A program made the position numbers and the translations under genes. From Bryobacterales bacterium (GTDB taxonomy: Bacteria > Acidobacteriota > Terriglobia > Bryobacterales > UBA6623), in assembly GCA_965247305.1 (NCBI GenBank), contig OZ252030.1, positions 6,193,186-6,257,185 on the forward strand: a stretch of 64,000 nt of DNA, written 5' to 3'. Positions 25,870 to 35,111 of the stretch are shown piece by piece; within the stretch, counting starts at the first letter, position 1; each line of letters begins with the position of its first letter. Below the pieces are notes generated by a model. That model worked only from the letters and a program-made list of their open reading frames with translations. It was not told the origin of the DNA and did no database searches.

Positions 25870-28158
25870 ATGGTTGCGGCGTACAGCACCGCACCGCTGT
25901 TATTTGGTGACAAGGACACCGCCACTGAAACGCTTGCGGGATTCGAACGGGACGACCGGATTCTCGCAGCGGGCCTATACGATGCCAGCGGTCAATTGTT
26001 TGCGACTTTTGAGCGAGACTCCAGCGGCGCCTCGCTGATCCCTTCCGACCCTGGGAGCGGCTACTCTTCCGCTGGGTCGGATCCCGAGCTGTTTCGGCCG
26101 GTCGAGCTGGACGGAGAGCTACTGGGAACAGTCTACTTGCGCTCTGACGGCCAGCGGCTGTCGAGCCAGATCAACGACTTGTCGATGATCGTGGGCTTAG
26201 TGATGTTCATTTGCCTGTTGATCAGCATCGTGATCTCCTCGAAACTTCAGCGGGTCATATCCGACCCGATCCTTCGGCTGGCTGGAACCGCGCGCGAGGT
26301 ATCGGAAAACAAGACGTACTCAGCTCGGGTCGTCAAGGAGACCAACGATGAGGTTGGCCAACTTTACGATGCCTTCAACGCGATGCTCACTCAGATCGAG
26401 GATCGCGACGAGTTCTTGGAGCGCCAAGTTGAGGCCCGCACCTCGGAGCTAGTCAGTGCTAACGAACAGCTCATCGAGTCTAAGGAGCGCGCGGAAGAAG
26501 CCGACCGTCTGAAGAGCGAATTTCTCGCGAACATCAGTCACGAGATCCGCACGCCAATGAACGTCATCTGCGGAATGACAGACCTGACCCTACAGACCGA
26601 ATTGACTCAACGGCAGCGTCGCAACATCGAGATGGTCGCCAAATCGTCAGATTCTCTCTTGACACTGATAAATCAGCTTCTCGATTTTTCAAAAATCGAG
26701 GCCGGCAGAATGGAACTGAACGAAAGCGAGTTCAACCTCAGAGTAAGCCTAGGCGAAACACTTAGGTCGCTGGAGATACAGGCTCAGAAAAAAGAAATTT
26801 CGTTGAGCTACGAGATCGATGCGCGGATTCCGGCGAAGCTCAACGGCGACTTCGATCGGTTGCGTCAAGTCGTAAACAACGTGGTCGGGAATGCCATCAA
26901 GTTCACCGAACAAGGCGGGCAGATCAAGCTTTCGGCCGATCCTGTCTGGACTACCCGGGCGGAAACCGAGCTGCACATTAGCGTGGCGGACAGCGGACCA
27001 GGGATTGCGCCTGACAAACAAGAATTGATCTTTAACCCGTTCCGGCAAGCCGATGGATCAATCACTCGGACACACGGAGGAACAGGGCTAGGACTGCGAA
27101 TCTCGAAAGACATCGCTGAGCTGATGGGGGGCCGGATGTGGGTAGAGAGCTCTGAAGGCAACGGCAGCACGTTCCACGTGACCGTTCGTCTTCGTCTCTC
27201 CGATCCGAATCGCCCAGCAACCTCGACTGAGTCCGAAGCCTCGCCGGTGCGGGCGATGATCATTGATCCGAGTTCGCAATCGCGCCGTGCCTTTGCCGAC
27301 CGGCTTGGTAATTGGGGCGTTAAATGCGCGCTCGCCGGAGACACGATCACAGCTCACCGGATAGCAAAGTGGGCGAACACAAACAAGCGACCCTTCGACT
27401 TCTTTGTCGTCGATAGCCAGGTTCCAGGAGCGGAGAATCTGTCGAGCGATTGGCATTCCGATATGCAGCAATCGCCGGTATTTGTGATCGGTGAGATCGC
27501 AAATGAATCCGATGATTCGTGGTCGCCCCCAGATAGCTGGACGATGCTGCCACGGACGGTCGACCAATCTGAACTTTGGAACATACTTTCTTCTGGCGTG
27601 TCACGGCTTCAGCCAGACCCACGGCCGGTTGGACGTGACTCTGCAAGCAATGGCGACACCCTCAAACGAGTTTTGTTGGTCGAGGACAACGTCGACATTC
27701 AGGTGCTGACAACCAGCATGCTCGAGCATCAACCAATCGAGGTAACTGCGGTTGGTGGTGGGAAAGAAGCTATTGAACGGATGAGCAAACAATCGTTCGA
27801 TGCTGTGCTGATGGATTTGCAGATGCCGGAAATGGGGGGACTCGACGCCACCAAGGCGATTCGACGTAGTGAAAGCGAATCCGGCGGCCATACGCCGATC
27901 ATCGGATTGACAGCACACGCAATGGAGAGTGACCGCCAAAGCTGTTTTGCCGTCGGGATGGATGCTTACCTAGCTAAGCCCATCTCACAGCAACAACTCA
28001 TTTTGGCTCTCGAAGCGGCGTTCGCAATGGAGACGGCCCCTGGACCTGAGCAGGATGGCCGCAAAGTTGCGCAATCCGCGCGGACGGCTGGCGCGGAATC
28101 CGGTGGTCGGTTCGGCAACGATGAGGACGTCTCTGAATACTCCACGAGCACTTCCTGA
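25870..28158 (+). CDS. Hybrid sensor histidine kinase/response regulator (CHASE8-like sensor, HAMP, HisKA, HATPase, pseudo-receiver, receiver); N-terminus possibly disrupted
   Basis: FLANISHEIRTPMN (H-box), the N box NAIKFT, and G boxes DSGPGI and GTGLGL. A TM helix plus HAMP lies upstream, and the C-terminal REC carries VLMDLQMPEMGG. The frame is open upstream to 25768 and encodes a TM helix there, but a TAG at 25765-25767 cuts it off from a TTG start at 25747. Confidence 0.88.
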   Translation: MVAAYSTAPLLFGDKDTATETLAGFERDDRILAAGLYDASGQLFATFERDSSGASLIPSDPGSGYSSAGSDPELFRPVELDGELLGTVYLRSDGQRLSSQINDLSMIVGLVMFICLLISIVISSKLQRVISDPILRLAGTAREVSENKTYSARVVKETNDEVGQLYDAFNAMLTQIEDRDEFLERQVEARTSELVSANEQLIESKERAEEADRLKSEFLANISHEIRTPMNVICGMTDLTLQTELTQRQRRNIEMVAKSSDSLLTLINQLLDFSKIEAGRMELNESEFNLRVSLGETLRSLEIQAQKKEISLSYEIDARIPAKLNGDFDRLRQVVNNVVGNAIKFTEQGGQIKLSADPVWTTRAETELHISVADSGPGIAPDKQELIFNPFRQADGSITRTHGGTGLGLRISKDIAELMGGRMWVESSEGNGSTFHVTVRLRLSDPNRPATSTESEASPVRAMIIDPSSQSRRAFADRLGNWGVKCALAGDTITAHRIAKWANTNKRPFDFFVVDSQVPGAENLSSDWHSDMQQSPVFVIGEIANESDDSWSPPDSWTMLPRTVDQSELWNILSSGVSRLQPDPRPVGRDSASNGDTLKRVLLVEDNVDIQVLTTSMLEHQPIEVTAVGGGKEAIERMSKQSFDAVLMDLQMPEMGGLDATKAIRRSESESGGHTPIIGLTAHAMESDRQSCFAVGMDAYLAKPISQQQLILALEAAFAMETAPGPEQDGRKVAQSARTAGAESGGRFGNDEDVSEYSTSTS

Positions 28159-28234
28159 TCGACTGGAGTGCTGAGATCTAGCCTCAGCGATTTTGAAAAT
28201 GGCATAGACTGCTTACTCCACGATCAAGCCCGCG

Positions 28235-28391
28235 AAATTCGGAGGCGCGACCGTCAGGGAGGGCGGTGGCGTAGGAGATTTCTGGAATACGTTGAATCGG
28301 GTCCTGCTGACCAGTCCTCAGCAGGACCCGATCCAACTCAGCCAGTCAACCCATCGCCACCGCCCTCCCTGACGGTCGCGCCTCCGAATTT
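28235..28391. repeat. Nested perfect palindrome between convergent genes (MITE/REPIN-like or bidirectional terminator)
   Basis: The outer 37-nt arms, 28235-28271 and 28355-28391, are exact reverse complements. The inner 15-bp stem pairs 28296-28310 with 28318-28332 around a 7-nt loop. Confidence 0.88.
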
Positions 28392-28476
28392 AGACTGGGA
28401 GATCTAACCTCCTGGAGTTGCTGACGTCAACGCTTCTGAATCACGAACGTCCGCGGTTTCAAATGTCCGTCGCAAG

Positions 28477-29040
28477 TTACGCCGAGGGCTCGTGATCCAT
28501 GAAGTGATAGCACACCATGTGGCAGACAATCATGTGCGCGTCTTCGATGCGGCCCATGTGGTCGTTGTCGACGTGAATGCTCAGGTCGACGGCCGGCCGG
28601 AGTCGGCCGCCATTCTTGCCGCTAAGGCCCACTGTGTAACAGTCAATTGAGTTGGCATACTCGATCGCGCGAACCACGTTTTCAGAATTGCCACTGCCGC
28701 TTATGGCCATTACAACGTCACCGGGATTGGCGAAGTTTTTTAGCGGCTCTTCAAACACAACCTCGTAGCCAACGTCGTTTGAATAAGCGGTCATGGTGGG
28801 GATCTGCTCGCTGAGCGCGAGGATCTTGAAACGCTTTTCGCGACCGTAGCTCGCGCCTTTAACGATGTCGCAGGCGAAATGATTAGCGCTCGCGGCACTG
28901 CCGCCGTTCCCGAATACGAATATTTGACGCCCCTCATCGCGCGCTTTCGCAAAAACCCCGATTAGGGCGTCGACGGACGAAAGGTCGACGGTGTTGAGCG
29001 CATCGAGCAGGTTGGCTTTGTAGTGTGCCGGAGATGCCAT
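28477..29040 (-). CDS. gmhA: SIS-domain phosphoheptose isomerase (D-sedoheptulose-7-phosphate isomerase) GmhA-like
   Basis: 187 aa. FVFGNGGSAASANHFACD, TAYSNDVGYEVVF, ISGSGNSENV and the C-terminal IEDAHMIVCH match the GmhA pattern. Confidence 0.8.
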   Translation of the reverse strand: MASPAHYKANLLDALNTVDLSSVDALIGVFAKARDEGRQIFVFGNGGSAASANHFACDIVKGASYGREKRFKILALSEQIPTMTAYSNDVGYEVVFEEPLKNFANPGDVVMAISGSGNSENVVRAIEYANSIDCYTVGLSGKNGGRLRPAVDLSIHVDNDHMGRIEDAHMIVCHMVCYHFMDHEPSA

Positions 29041-29044
29041 ACCC

Positions 29045-30040
29045 TTATTCTGCCGCAGCGACCGAGTCGGCGACGGCGAGCACCTCTTCCGGCGCGGCCG
29101 TGCCGGTACCGGGCTTCATGACCGTGACGCTTGAAACCAAGGTCCCGAATCTCACGGCATCTTCCATTTCGGCTCGGGCGAACAGCGCAAGTGCGAGCCC
29201 GGCGCCGAAGCTATCCCCGGCGCCACAGGTGTCGACGGGTTCGCCGATCATCAGCGCTGGGATAAAGCGCTCGCCGCGATCATCGACGAGAACCGTACCC
29301 TTTTCGCCGAGCGTCACCACGAAGGGCATTTCGCCGACAAGCTGGCGCAGGCGCGAATAATCCACTTCGCCGAATAGCTGTAGGCAGGCCTGCTCGGCCT
29401 CGGCTTCGTTTGGCTTGACGATGACATTACGGAACTCGGCAACGCGATTTCGAGAGTCAACCACAACGACCTTGTCAGGATCGCGGTCGGCTATGTCGCT
29501 GATCACCTCACGAATTGCAGGTGTGATTACCCCGCCCTGCTCCGTCTCAGCCTGATCCGCAACCACAATCACATCGAAGTCGCCATACGCTGACGACAGA
29601 TTGACGATCATTTGATCTTCGATCTCGCTCGGCAATTGAGCGGTGTTGACGAAATCCACGCGGGGTTGGTCTTCCACGCCGGTTTCGGAATTGATCAACT
29701 TGGTGTAGGTGAACGGCTGCATGTGGTCGGAACCGACGAGCAAGGTGTAGTCGATGTTGCGGGCACTGAGGGCTCGTTCTAACTCGAAACCGAAGCCGTC
29801 GCGGCCAATCGCGCCGATGACCGCGACGCGACCGGCGCCCAGCGACGCCAGATTGTTCGCAACCGTGCCGCCCGCACCGGGCGTAACTTCGGTCTGGATA
29901 ATGCCCGAGCGAGGGATACCCGTTTCGCGTGATGGTTCCGCCAAGGTCGGGTCGTAGCGGCACCAGCGATCGAGACAAATATCCCCGACGACCAGAACCC
30001 GAGCCGCCTTGAAACTGTCGATCAAGGCAGACCAATTCAT
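29045..30040 (-). CDS. PfkB-family sugar kinase, RfaE domain-I/HldA-like (heptose-7-phosphate kinase); no adenylyltransferase domain
   Basis: RVLVVGDICLDRW N-terminus, GGTVANNLASLGA, and the C-terminal DTCGAGDSF ribokinase-family signature. 331 aa, so kinase domain only. Confidence 0.78.
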   Translation of the reverse strand: MNWSALIDSFKAARVLVVGDICLDRWCRYDPTLAEPSRETGIPRSGIIQTEVTPGAGGTVANNLASLGAGRVAVIGAIGRDGFGFELERALSARNIDYTLLVGSDHMQPFTYTKLINSETGVEDQPRVDFVNTAQLPSEIEDQMIVNLSSAYGDFDVIVVADQAETEQGGVITPAIREVISDIADRDPDKVVVVDSRNRVAEFRNVIVKPNEAEAEQACLQLFGEVDYSRLRQLVGEMPFVVTLGEKGTVLVDDRGERFIPALMIGEPVDTCGAGDSFGAGLALALFARAEMEDAVRFGTLVSSVTVMKPGTGTAAPEEVLAVADSVAAAE

Positions 30041-30043
30041 GCG

Positions 30044-31027
30044 TTAACCATTTTGAGACCCGCACCCAACCACCGCGCGCCGTAGCGCGGGAAATGCAAT
30101 TCGGTGGTCTCCTCGAATATAGATGCTTTGCCCGCCATCAGCAACCGTACGAACCAAGATAGTCTTATGGGGCCGGAAGTAATAGCCGGGATCGCTCTTC
30201 GGCAATTCGCTATGAATATTGCCCTGTATCGGAACCAAGTCGAAAACAGCGGTCGTAAAGTCAGCGATCTGGCGGCTTTCTTGTGCCGCAACATTGCGAG
30301 CCATCGCCAGCGCCTTGAGGTACACCTCGGGCGCCATGATGGCCGAACCGAAGCTAACCATGATGCCGCCTTCGAGGCTTTCGACGGTTCGAGTAAAGAT
30401 CAGGAAGTCGCGGTAGCTTGCCTTCCCATAAGCACCGCCGTCGCAATTGGGATGTTCGTGAGTTATGTCGTAACCGAGACCGACGTGGACCGTCACCGGG
30501 ATACCAAGTTCGTATGCGTTCGCGAGAATGCTGACGTCGCGATGCGCAAGCTTTTCTTCTAGGATGCGGCGCCCGAAGTTTTCGCCAAGTCCGAGATCAC
30601 GCTCCGCGGCGTCGACCGCCCAATCGTTGAGGATGCCCGTTTGGTCCCAGAGGCCGAATTCGCCGGTGCGGATATAGCGAGCTACGCTTTCGGTAGTGGC
30701 GCCAATTCGCGCCAGCTCAAAGTCGTGGATCGCACCCGCGCCGTTCATCGCCACGTGTGTGAAGGCGCCGCGCGTTAGTAAGTCGATCAGATGACGCGAA
30801 ACGCCGCATTTGATCACGTGCGCACCCATCATCAGGATGCGAGCTGAGTCGTTGTTCGCCGCCAACCTGGAGGCGACCGTGTCGAGGTCGGCCAGGTAGG
30901 CCTCATCGATTTCGCCGGGGTTGTCGTCGAGTTGGAGCAGATAACCCAAGTCCATGTCGTGCGCGCGTTCGACCAGCGGACGAACGTTGAGTTTGGAACG
31001 GTCGAAGATCGAGTATTTTGAGGGCAT
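30044..31027 (-). CDS. Deoxyhypusine-synthase-like (DHS-like NAD-binding fold) protein, function unknown
   Basis: 327 aa. ILMMGAHVIKCGVSRHLIDLLTRGAFTHVAMNGAGAIHDFE resembles the DHS family core (G-rich loop, paired with ...TGA..HD). This is weak recognition by eye. It is flanked by the sugar kinase and the HAD gene at 3- and 45-nt spacing. Confidence 0.4.
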   Translation of the reverse strand: MPSKYSIFDRSKLNVRPLVERAHDMDLGYLLQLDDNPGEIDEAYLADLDTVASRLAANNDSARILMMGAHVIKCGVSRHLIDLLTRGAFTHVAMNGAGAIHDFELARIGATTESVARYIRTGEFGLWDQTGILNDWAVDAAERDLGLGENFGRRILEEKLAHRDVSILANAYELGIPVTVHVGLGYDITHEHPNCDGGAYGKASYRDFLIFTRTVESLEGGIMVSFGSAIMAPEVYLKALAMARNVAAQESRQIADFTTAVFDLVPIQGNIHSELPKSDPGYYFRPHKTILVRTVADGGQSIYIRGDHRIAFPALRRAVVGCGSQNG

Positions 31028-31072
31028 TCGGCTTTCTTGTTTGGCTGAACGTAGTGGCGATGCGGGCCGCGT

Positions 31073-31891
31073 CTAGTGCGGAAATAACGCGCTCATCAAT
31101 TCATTGTGCCCATTGAAATTGGGGACAATCCAGTCGGCACCGACCCCGACGAGCCGCTCTCGCTTGACCGCGTCGACTTCAACGCAGTCAGGCTCGTCAC
31201 TGGCTACGCCGACCGCGACACCGCCCACATCCTTAACGACCTCGATTTCCACAAAGCCGTCGCCGAACCCGATGAACTCTTCGCCCTTGAAATCGCTTTC
31301 GCGGATGAGCTGCTCGACGAGAATTTTCTTAGAAAAACTTTCGTAGTCATCAAGCGCGCCAAACATTCCGCCGGTGAAATAGTGATCCACGTTGAGCAGC
31401 TTGGCTTCTTCACGCATAAAGGGCTGGTCGGTTCCGCTAGCCAAAAACATTGTGAGACCTCGGGAGCTGAACTCGTCGAGCAGTCGCCTGGCGCCGGGCA
31501 CCATCATCTCATCAGGAACTACGCGCCCCGCGCGCAGGTCTTCGCGGCGATGCTTGATTTTATCCATCAGTAGATCGAGGTAGATGTGTTTGTAATCAAG
31601 AGGGTCTTTGGGAGTGCCACCCCGCTTCTCGACGTTTTCGGCGAATTCAATCATCTGATAGATTGTCTGCCGTCCCGTCAGCCGCCCTACGAGTTCCTCG
31701 ACGACGGCCGTTAAGGCCTCCTCTGATTCACCACTGCCCAGCGGAATCAGTTCCTCAACCATCATCGGGACCATGACTTCAAACCAGCCGGCGCGGACGA
31801 GCGAAATGGTTCCGTCGAAGTCGAAGACGGCAACGCGCGCGTTTGAAGCGTTGGCATCAGGATTAAGAATTTCGAGCGCGGGCGATAGCAA
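31073..31891 (-). CDS. HAD-superfamily hydrolase (probable sugar phosphatase)
   Basis: Motif I VAVFDFDGTIS, motif II LASGT, motif IV GFGDGFVE. At 272 aa with a large cap insert, it is longer than canonical GmhB. Confidence 0.75.
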   Translation of the reverse strand: MLSPALEILNPDANASNARVAVFDFDGTISLVRAGWFEVMVPMMVEELIPLGSGESEEALTAVVEELVGRLTGRQTIYQMIEFAENVEKRGGTPKDPLDYKHIYLDLLMDKIKHRREDLRAGRVVPDEMMVPGARRLLDEFSSRGLTMFLASGTDQPFMREEAKLLNVDHYFTGGMFGALDDYESFSKKILVEQLIRESDFKGEEFIGFGDGFVEIEVVKDVGGVAVGVASDEPDCVEVDAVKRERLVGVGADWIVPNFNGHNELMSALFPH

Positions 31892-32178
31892 TTACCAGTT
31901 CTAGCAGACCGGGGCAGTCGGGGCTACCGAGCTCTGCGTGAATGGGGGATGAGAAATTCGGACTGGCTCGCAGTCGCAGAAAACAGAGTGATCGCAGCGC
32001 CGAATTCAAACGCGCTTCGGGCTGCAAGTTGGACGCCCCGCACACTGATCGGAACTACATGAGTTCGTTTGCGCGGGGGTCCCGAATGGCCGCTCAAACG
32101 CCATCGCTCGGCTCCAGGGCTGATGTTGACGCAGTGTTACAATACAGTGGTCGTCAGACGTTCCCCCCAGCGCACTGA

Positions 32179-32853
32179 ATGAAGTTCGGCGTCGTTATTT
32201 TCCCCGGCTCGAACTGCGACCATGACGCGGTTTACGCCCTGTCGCGCAATCTTTCTCAAGAAGTTGTAGAGATCTGGCATGAGTCTGAAGACTTGTGCGG
32301 CGCGGACGCTGTATTCCTACCCGGCGGGTTTTCATACGGGGACCATCTGCGCTGCGGAGCAATCGCTCGATTTTCGCCCGTGATTCGGTCAGTGAAACGT
32401 TTCGCCGACTCGGGCGGCCTCGTTATGGGCGTTTGCAACGGCTTTCAGATCTTGCTCGAATCGGGATTATTGCCGGGTGCTTTGGTGCGCAACCGCGACC
32501 TGTTGTTTATTTGCAAGACCGTTCAACTTTCCGTGGGTACCCTCGACTCGCCTTTTACGAATCAGTGCGGCACCGACAGCACGCTGGCGGTGCCGATTGC
32601 TCATGGCGAGGGTTGCTACTTCGCCGATGAACCCACGCTCGATCGGCTCGAAGCCGACGATCGTGTCGCGTTTCGGTATAGCGGCGAAAACCCGAACGGA
32701 TCTGTGAGGAGTGTTGCCGGCATCCTCAATGAAGGGCGCAACGTTTTAGGGATGATGCCGCACCCCGAGCGAGCCTGCGATCCCGCGATGGGCTCGACCG
32801 ACGGTTTGGCCGTCTTCCAATCTTTGGTGGCCGCCGCCGTCCCTGTGCTTTAG
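32179..32853 (+). CDS. purQ: Phosphoribosylformylglycinamidine synthase subunit PurQ (glutaminase)
   Basis: [25 protein letters not shown] (nucleophile Cys) and MMPHPER. Confidence 0.95.
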   Translation: MKFGVVIFPGSNCDHDAVYALSRNLSQEVVEIWHESEDLCGADAVFLPGGFSYGDHLRCGAIARFSPVIRSVKRFADSGGLVMGVCNGFQILLESGLLPGALVRNRDLLFICKTVQLSVGTLDSPFTNQCGTDSTLAVPIAHGEGCYFADEPTLDRLEADDRVAFRYSGENPNGSVRSVAGILNEGRNVLGMMPHPERACDPAMGSTDGLAVFQSLVAAAVPVL

Positions 32854-32858
32854 TCGCA

Positions 32859-35111
32859 ATGGTTGCAGAAGTCTCCGAATCCGTCGCGCTCGAACACGGG
32901 CTTACGAGCGAGGAGTACGGCCGCGTAACCGAGCGGCTCGGCCGTGCACCGACGACAACTGAGCTAGGCATCATCGGCGTGATGTGGAGCGAGCACTGTT
33001 CGTACAAGAGCTCTCGCATCCATCTGAAAAAACTGCCGACTACCGGCGAACGAATCTTGGTCGGCCCCGGGGAGAATGCCGGCATCGTGGACATCGGTGG
33101 CGGTTGGGCGGCGGCGTTCAAGATCGAATCCCATAACCACCCGAGTTATATCGAACCGTTCCAGGGGGCGGCGACCGGCGTCGGCGGAATTCTGCGCGAC
33201 ATTTTCACGATGGGCGCGCGGCCCGTCGCGGTGATGGATGCGCTACGCTTTGGACCGCTCGACGACCCGGAAACCGGCGTTCGCAACCGCCACATTCTCA
33301 AGGGCGTTGTGGGCGGAATCGCGCACTACGGCAACTGCTTTGGAGTCCCGACTGTCGGCGGCGAATGCGTATTTGCGGACGGCTATAGCGGCAACCCACT
33401 GGTCAATGCGTACGCCCTCGGCATTTTTCGCAAAGATTCGATTTTCCTAGGATCGGCGACGGGTGTAGGCAACCCGGTCATCTACGTCGGCGCTAAGACA
33501 GGCCGCGATGGCATTCAGGGCGCATCGATGGCGTCGGCGGAATTCGACAAAGATTCAGAAGCCAAGCGGCCGAACGTTCAGGTGGGTGACCCTTTCCTTG
33601 AAAAATTGTTGCTAGAGGCCTGCCTTGAGGCCATGCAGACGGGGGCAATCCTCGGAATTCAAGATATGGGGGCCGCTGGACTGACGTGCTCGACGGCGGA
33701 GATGGGCGATCGCGGTGGCGTTGGTATTGAGATTGACCTCAAGCATGTACCACAACGCGAGGCCGGCATGACTCCATACGAGATCATGCTCTCGGAGTCG
33801 CAGGAGCGCATGCTGCTCGTCGCCGAGCGCGGGCGCGAGCACGAAGTATTCGACGTTTTCAAGAAGTGGGGGCTCGACGCCGCGACGGTAGGAACTGTTA
33901 CAGCCGATGGCCGGCTGACGGTAAGAAACCACGGCGAAGTTGTTGCGCTGCTCGAAAACTCGTTCCTGAGCGATGATGCGCCGCTTTATGACCGTGCGCA
34001 CACCGAACCGCGCCGCGTCGCGCCGCTTGACGGTCCGGAAATATCAGAGCCCAGCGGAAGCGCGCTCTTAGACGCCCTGAAAAAGCTGCTTGGCTCGCCC
34101 GACTTGTGTTCCAAGCGTTGGATTTGGGAGCAATACGACTACCAGGTTCGGACGAACACAACCGCCGGCCCTGGCGGCGATGCAGCGGTAATTCGCATCA
34201 AGGAAGCGGGCGTTTCGTTGGCGATGTCGCTTGACGGCAACGCCCGATACTGCTCTCTGGACCCTCGATTGGGAACCAAATTGCTCGTTGCCGAATGCTG
34301 CCGCAATCTGGCGGTAGTCGGTGCGCAGCCCATTGGCGCGACGAACAATTTGAATTTCGGCAATCCAGAGAAGCCCAATATCATGGCGCAACTGGTCGAG
34401 TCGATTGAGGGCATGGGCGAAGCTTGCGCCCACTTCGGGACTCCGATCACCGGCGGCAACGTCAGCCTCTATAACGAAACGCTAAGCGAGGGCATCGACC
34501 CGACGCCGGTGATGGGCATCGTCGGTATCGTCGAGCACGTCGATACTCCAGTGGGCACTCGATTTGTGAGGCCAGGGTGCAAGCTGATATTGCTTGGTGG
34601 TTTGCTTCCGGCGCTTGATGCCGACACCGATCGCCGTTTCGGCTCGAGCGAATATGCCAAGACCGTCGTCGGCCAAACATGGGGCCTTCCGCCGGCGCTC
34701 GATCTTAACTATGAGTCGGCGGTACATGCCGCGGTTCGCGAGGCGGTCCGGGCCGGCCTCGTCGCATCCGCGCACGATCTCAGCGACGGCGGGCTGGCCG
34801 TTGCTTTAGCTGAATGTTGTTTTGGGCCTGAACGAGTGGGCGCGCGGCTGTCGATTGCAAGCGATCAGCCGTCGCACGTCGCGCTCTTTCATGAGGCTCC
34901 CTCGCGAGTGTTGGTGTCCGTGTCCGCCGATCAGGTAGACACTGTGCTTCAAATTGCGAGCCGTCACGCAGTCGAATCGCCCATAGTTGGCGAAACGATT
35001 GCCGATGAGTTCGTCGTAGAACTGAACGGGACCGAGGCGTTTCGCGCTCCGGTCGCCGAGTTGTACGCGGTGTGGGACACCGCGCTTGAACGCATGTTGG
35101 AGTCACCATGA
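32859..35111 (+). CDS. purL: Phosphoribosylformylglycinamidine synthase subunit PurL
   Basis: [38 protein letters not shown] and the duplicated AIR-synthase-like domains. Confidence 0.96.
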   Translation: MVAEVSESVALEHGLTSEEYGRVTERLGRAPTTTELGIIGVMWSEHCSYKSSRIHLKKLPTTGERILVGPGENAGIVDIGGGWAAAFKIESHNHPSYIEPFQGAATGVGGILRDIFTMGARPVAVMDALRFGPLDDPETGVRNRHILKGVVGGIAHYGNCFGVPTVGGECVFADGYSGNPLVNAYALGIFRKDSIFLGSATGVGNPVIYVGAKTGRDGIQGASMASAEFDKDSEAKRPNVQVGDPFLEKLLLEACLEAMQTGAILGIQDMGAAGLTCSTAEMGDRGGVGIEIDLKHVPQREAGMTPYEIMLSESQERMLLVAERGREHEVFDVFKKWGLDAATVGTVTADGRLTVRNHGEVVALLENSFLSDDAPLYDRAHTEPRRVAPLDGPEISEPSGSALLDALKKLLGSPDLCSKRWIWEQYDYQVRTNTTAGPGGDAAVIRIKEAGVSLAMSLDGNARYCSLDPRLGTKLLVAECCRNLAVVGAQPIGATNNLNFGNPEKPNIMAQLVESIEGMGEACAHFGTPITGGNVSLYNETLSEGIDPTPVMGIVGIVEHVDTPVGTRFVRPGCKLILLGGLLPALDADTDRRFGSSEYAKTVVGQTWGLPPALDLNYESAVHAAVREAVRAGLVASAHDLSDGGLAVALAECCFGPERVGARLSIASDQPSHVALFHEAPSRVLVSVSADQVDTVLQIASRHAVESPIVGETIADEFVVELNGTEAFRAPVAELYAVWDTALERMLESP

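Noticed and set aside
28168-28407. 79-aa ORF between the kinase and gmhA
   Set aside because: It lies entirely over the nested palindrome. Its Pro/Arg-rich translation has no features of a real protein.
31942-32178. 78-aa ORF upstream of purQ as a candidate PurS
   Set aside because: Its sequence (Arg/Ser-rich, MGDEKFGLARSRRKQSDRS...) has none of the PurS beta-alpha-beta pattern, and it ends exactly at the purQ start in another frame.
31892-32178. Possible purine or ZTP riboswitch in the purQ leader
   Set aside because: I could not find the conserved ZTP (GGGUCGUGAC...CCGCCUGGGC) or purine-riboswitch junction sequences. Only a covariance-model scan could settle this.
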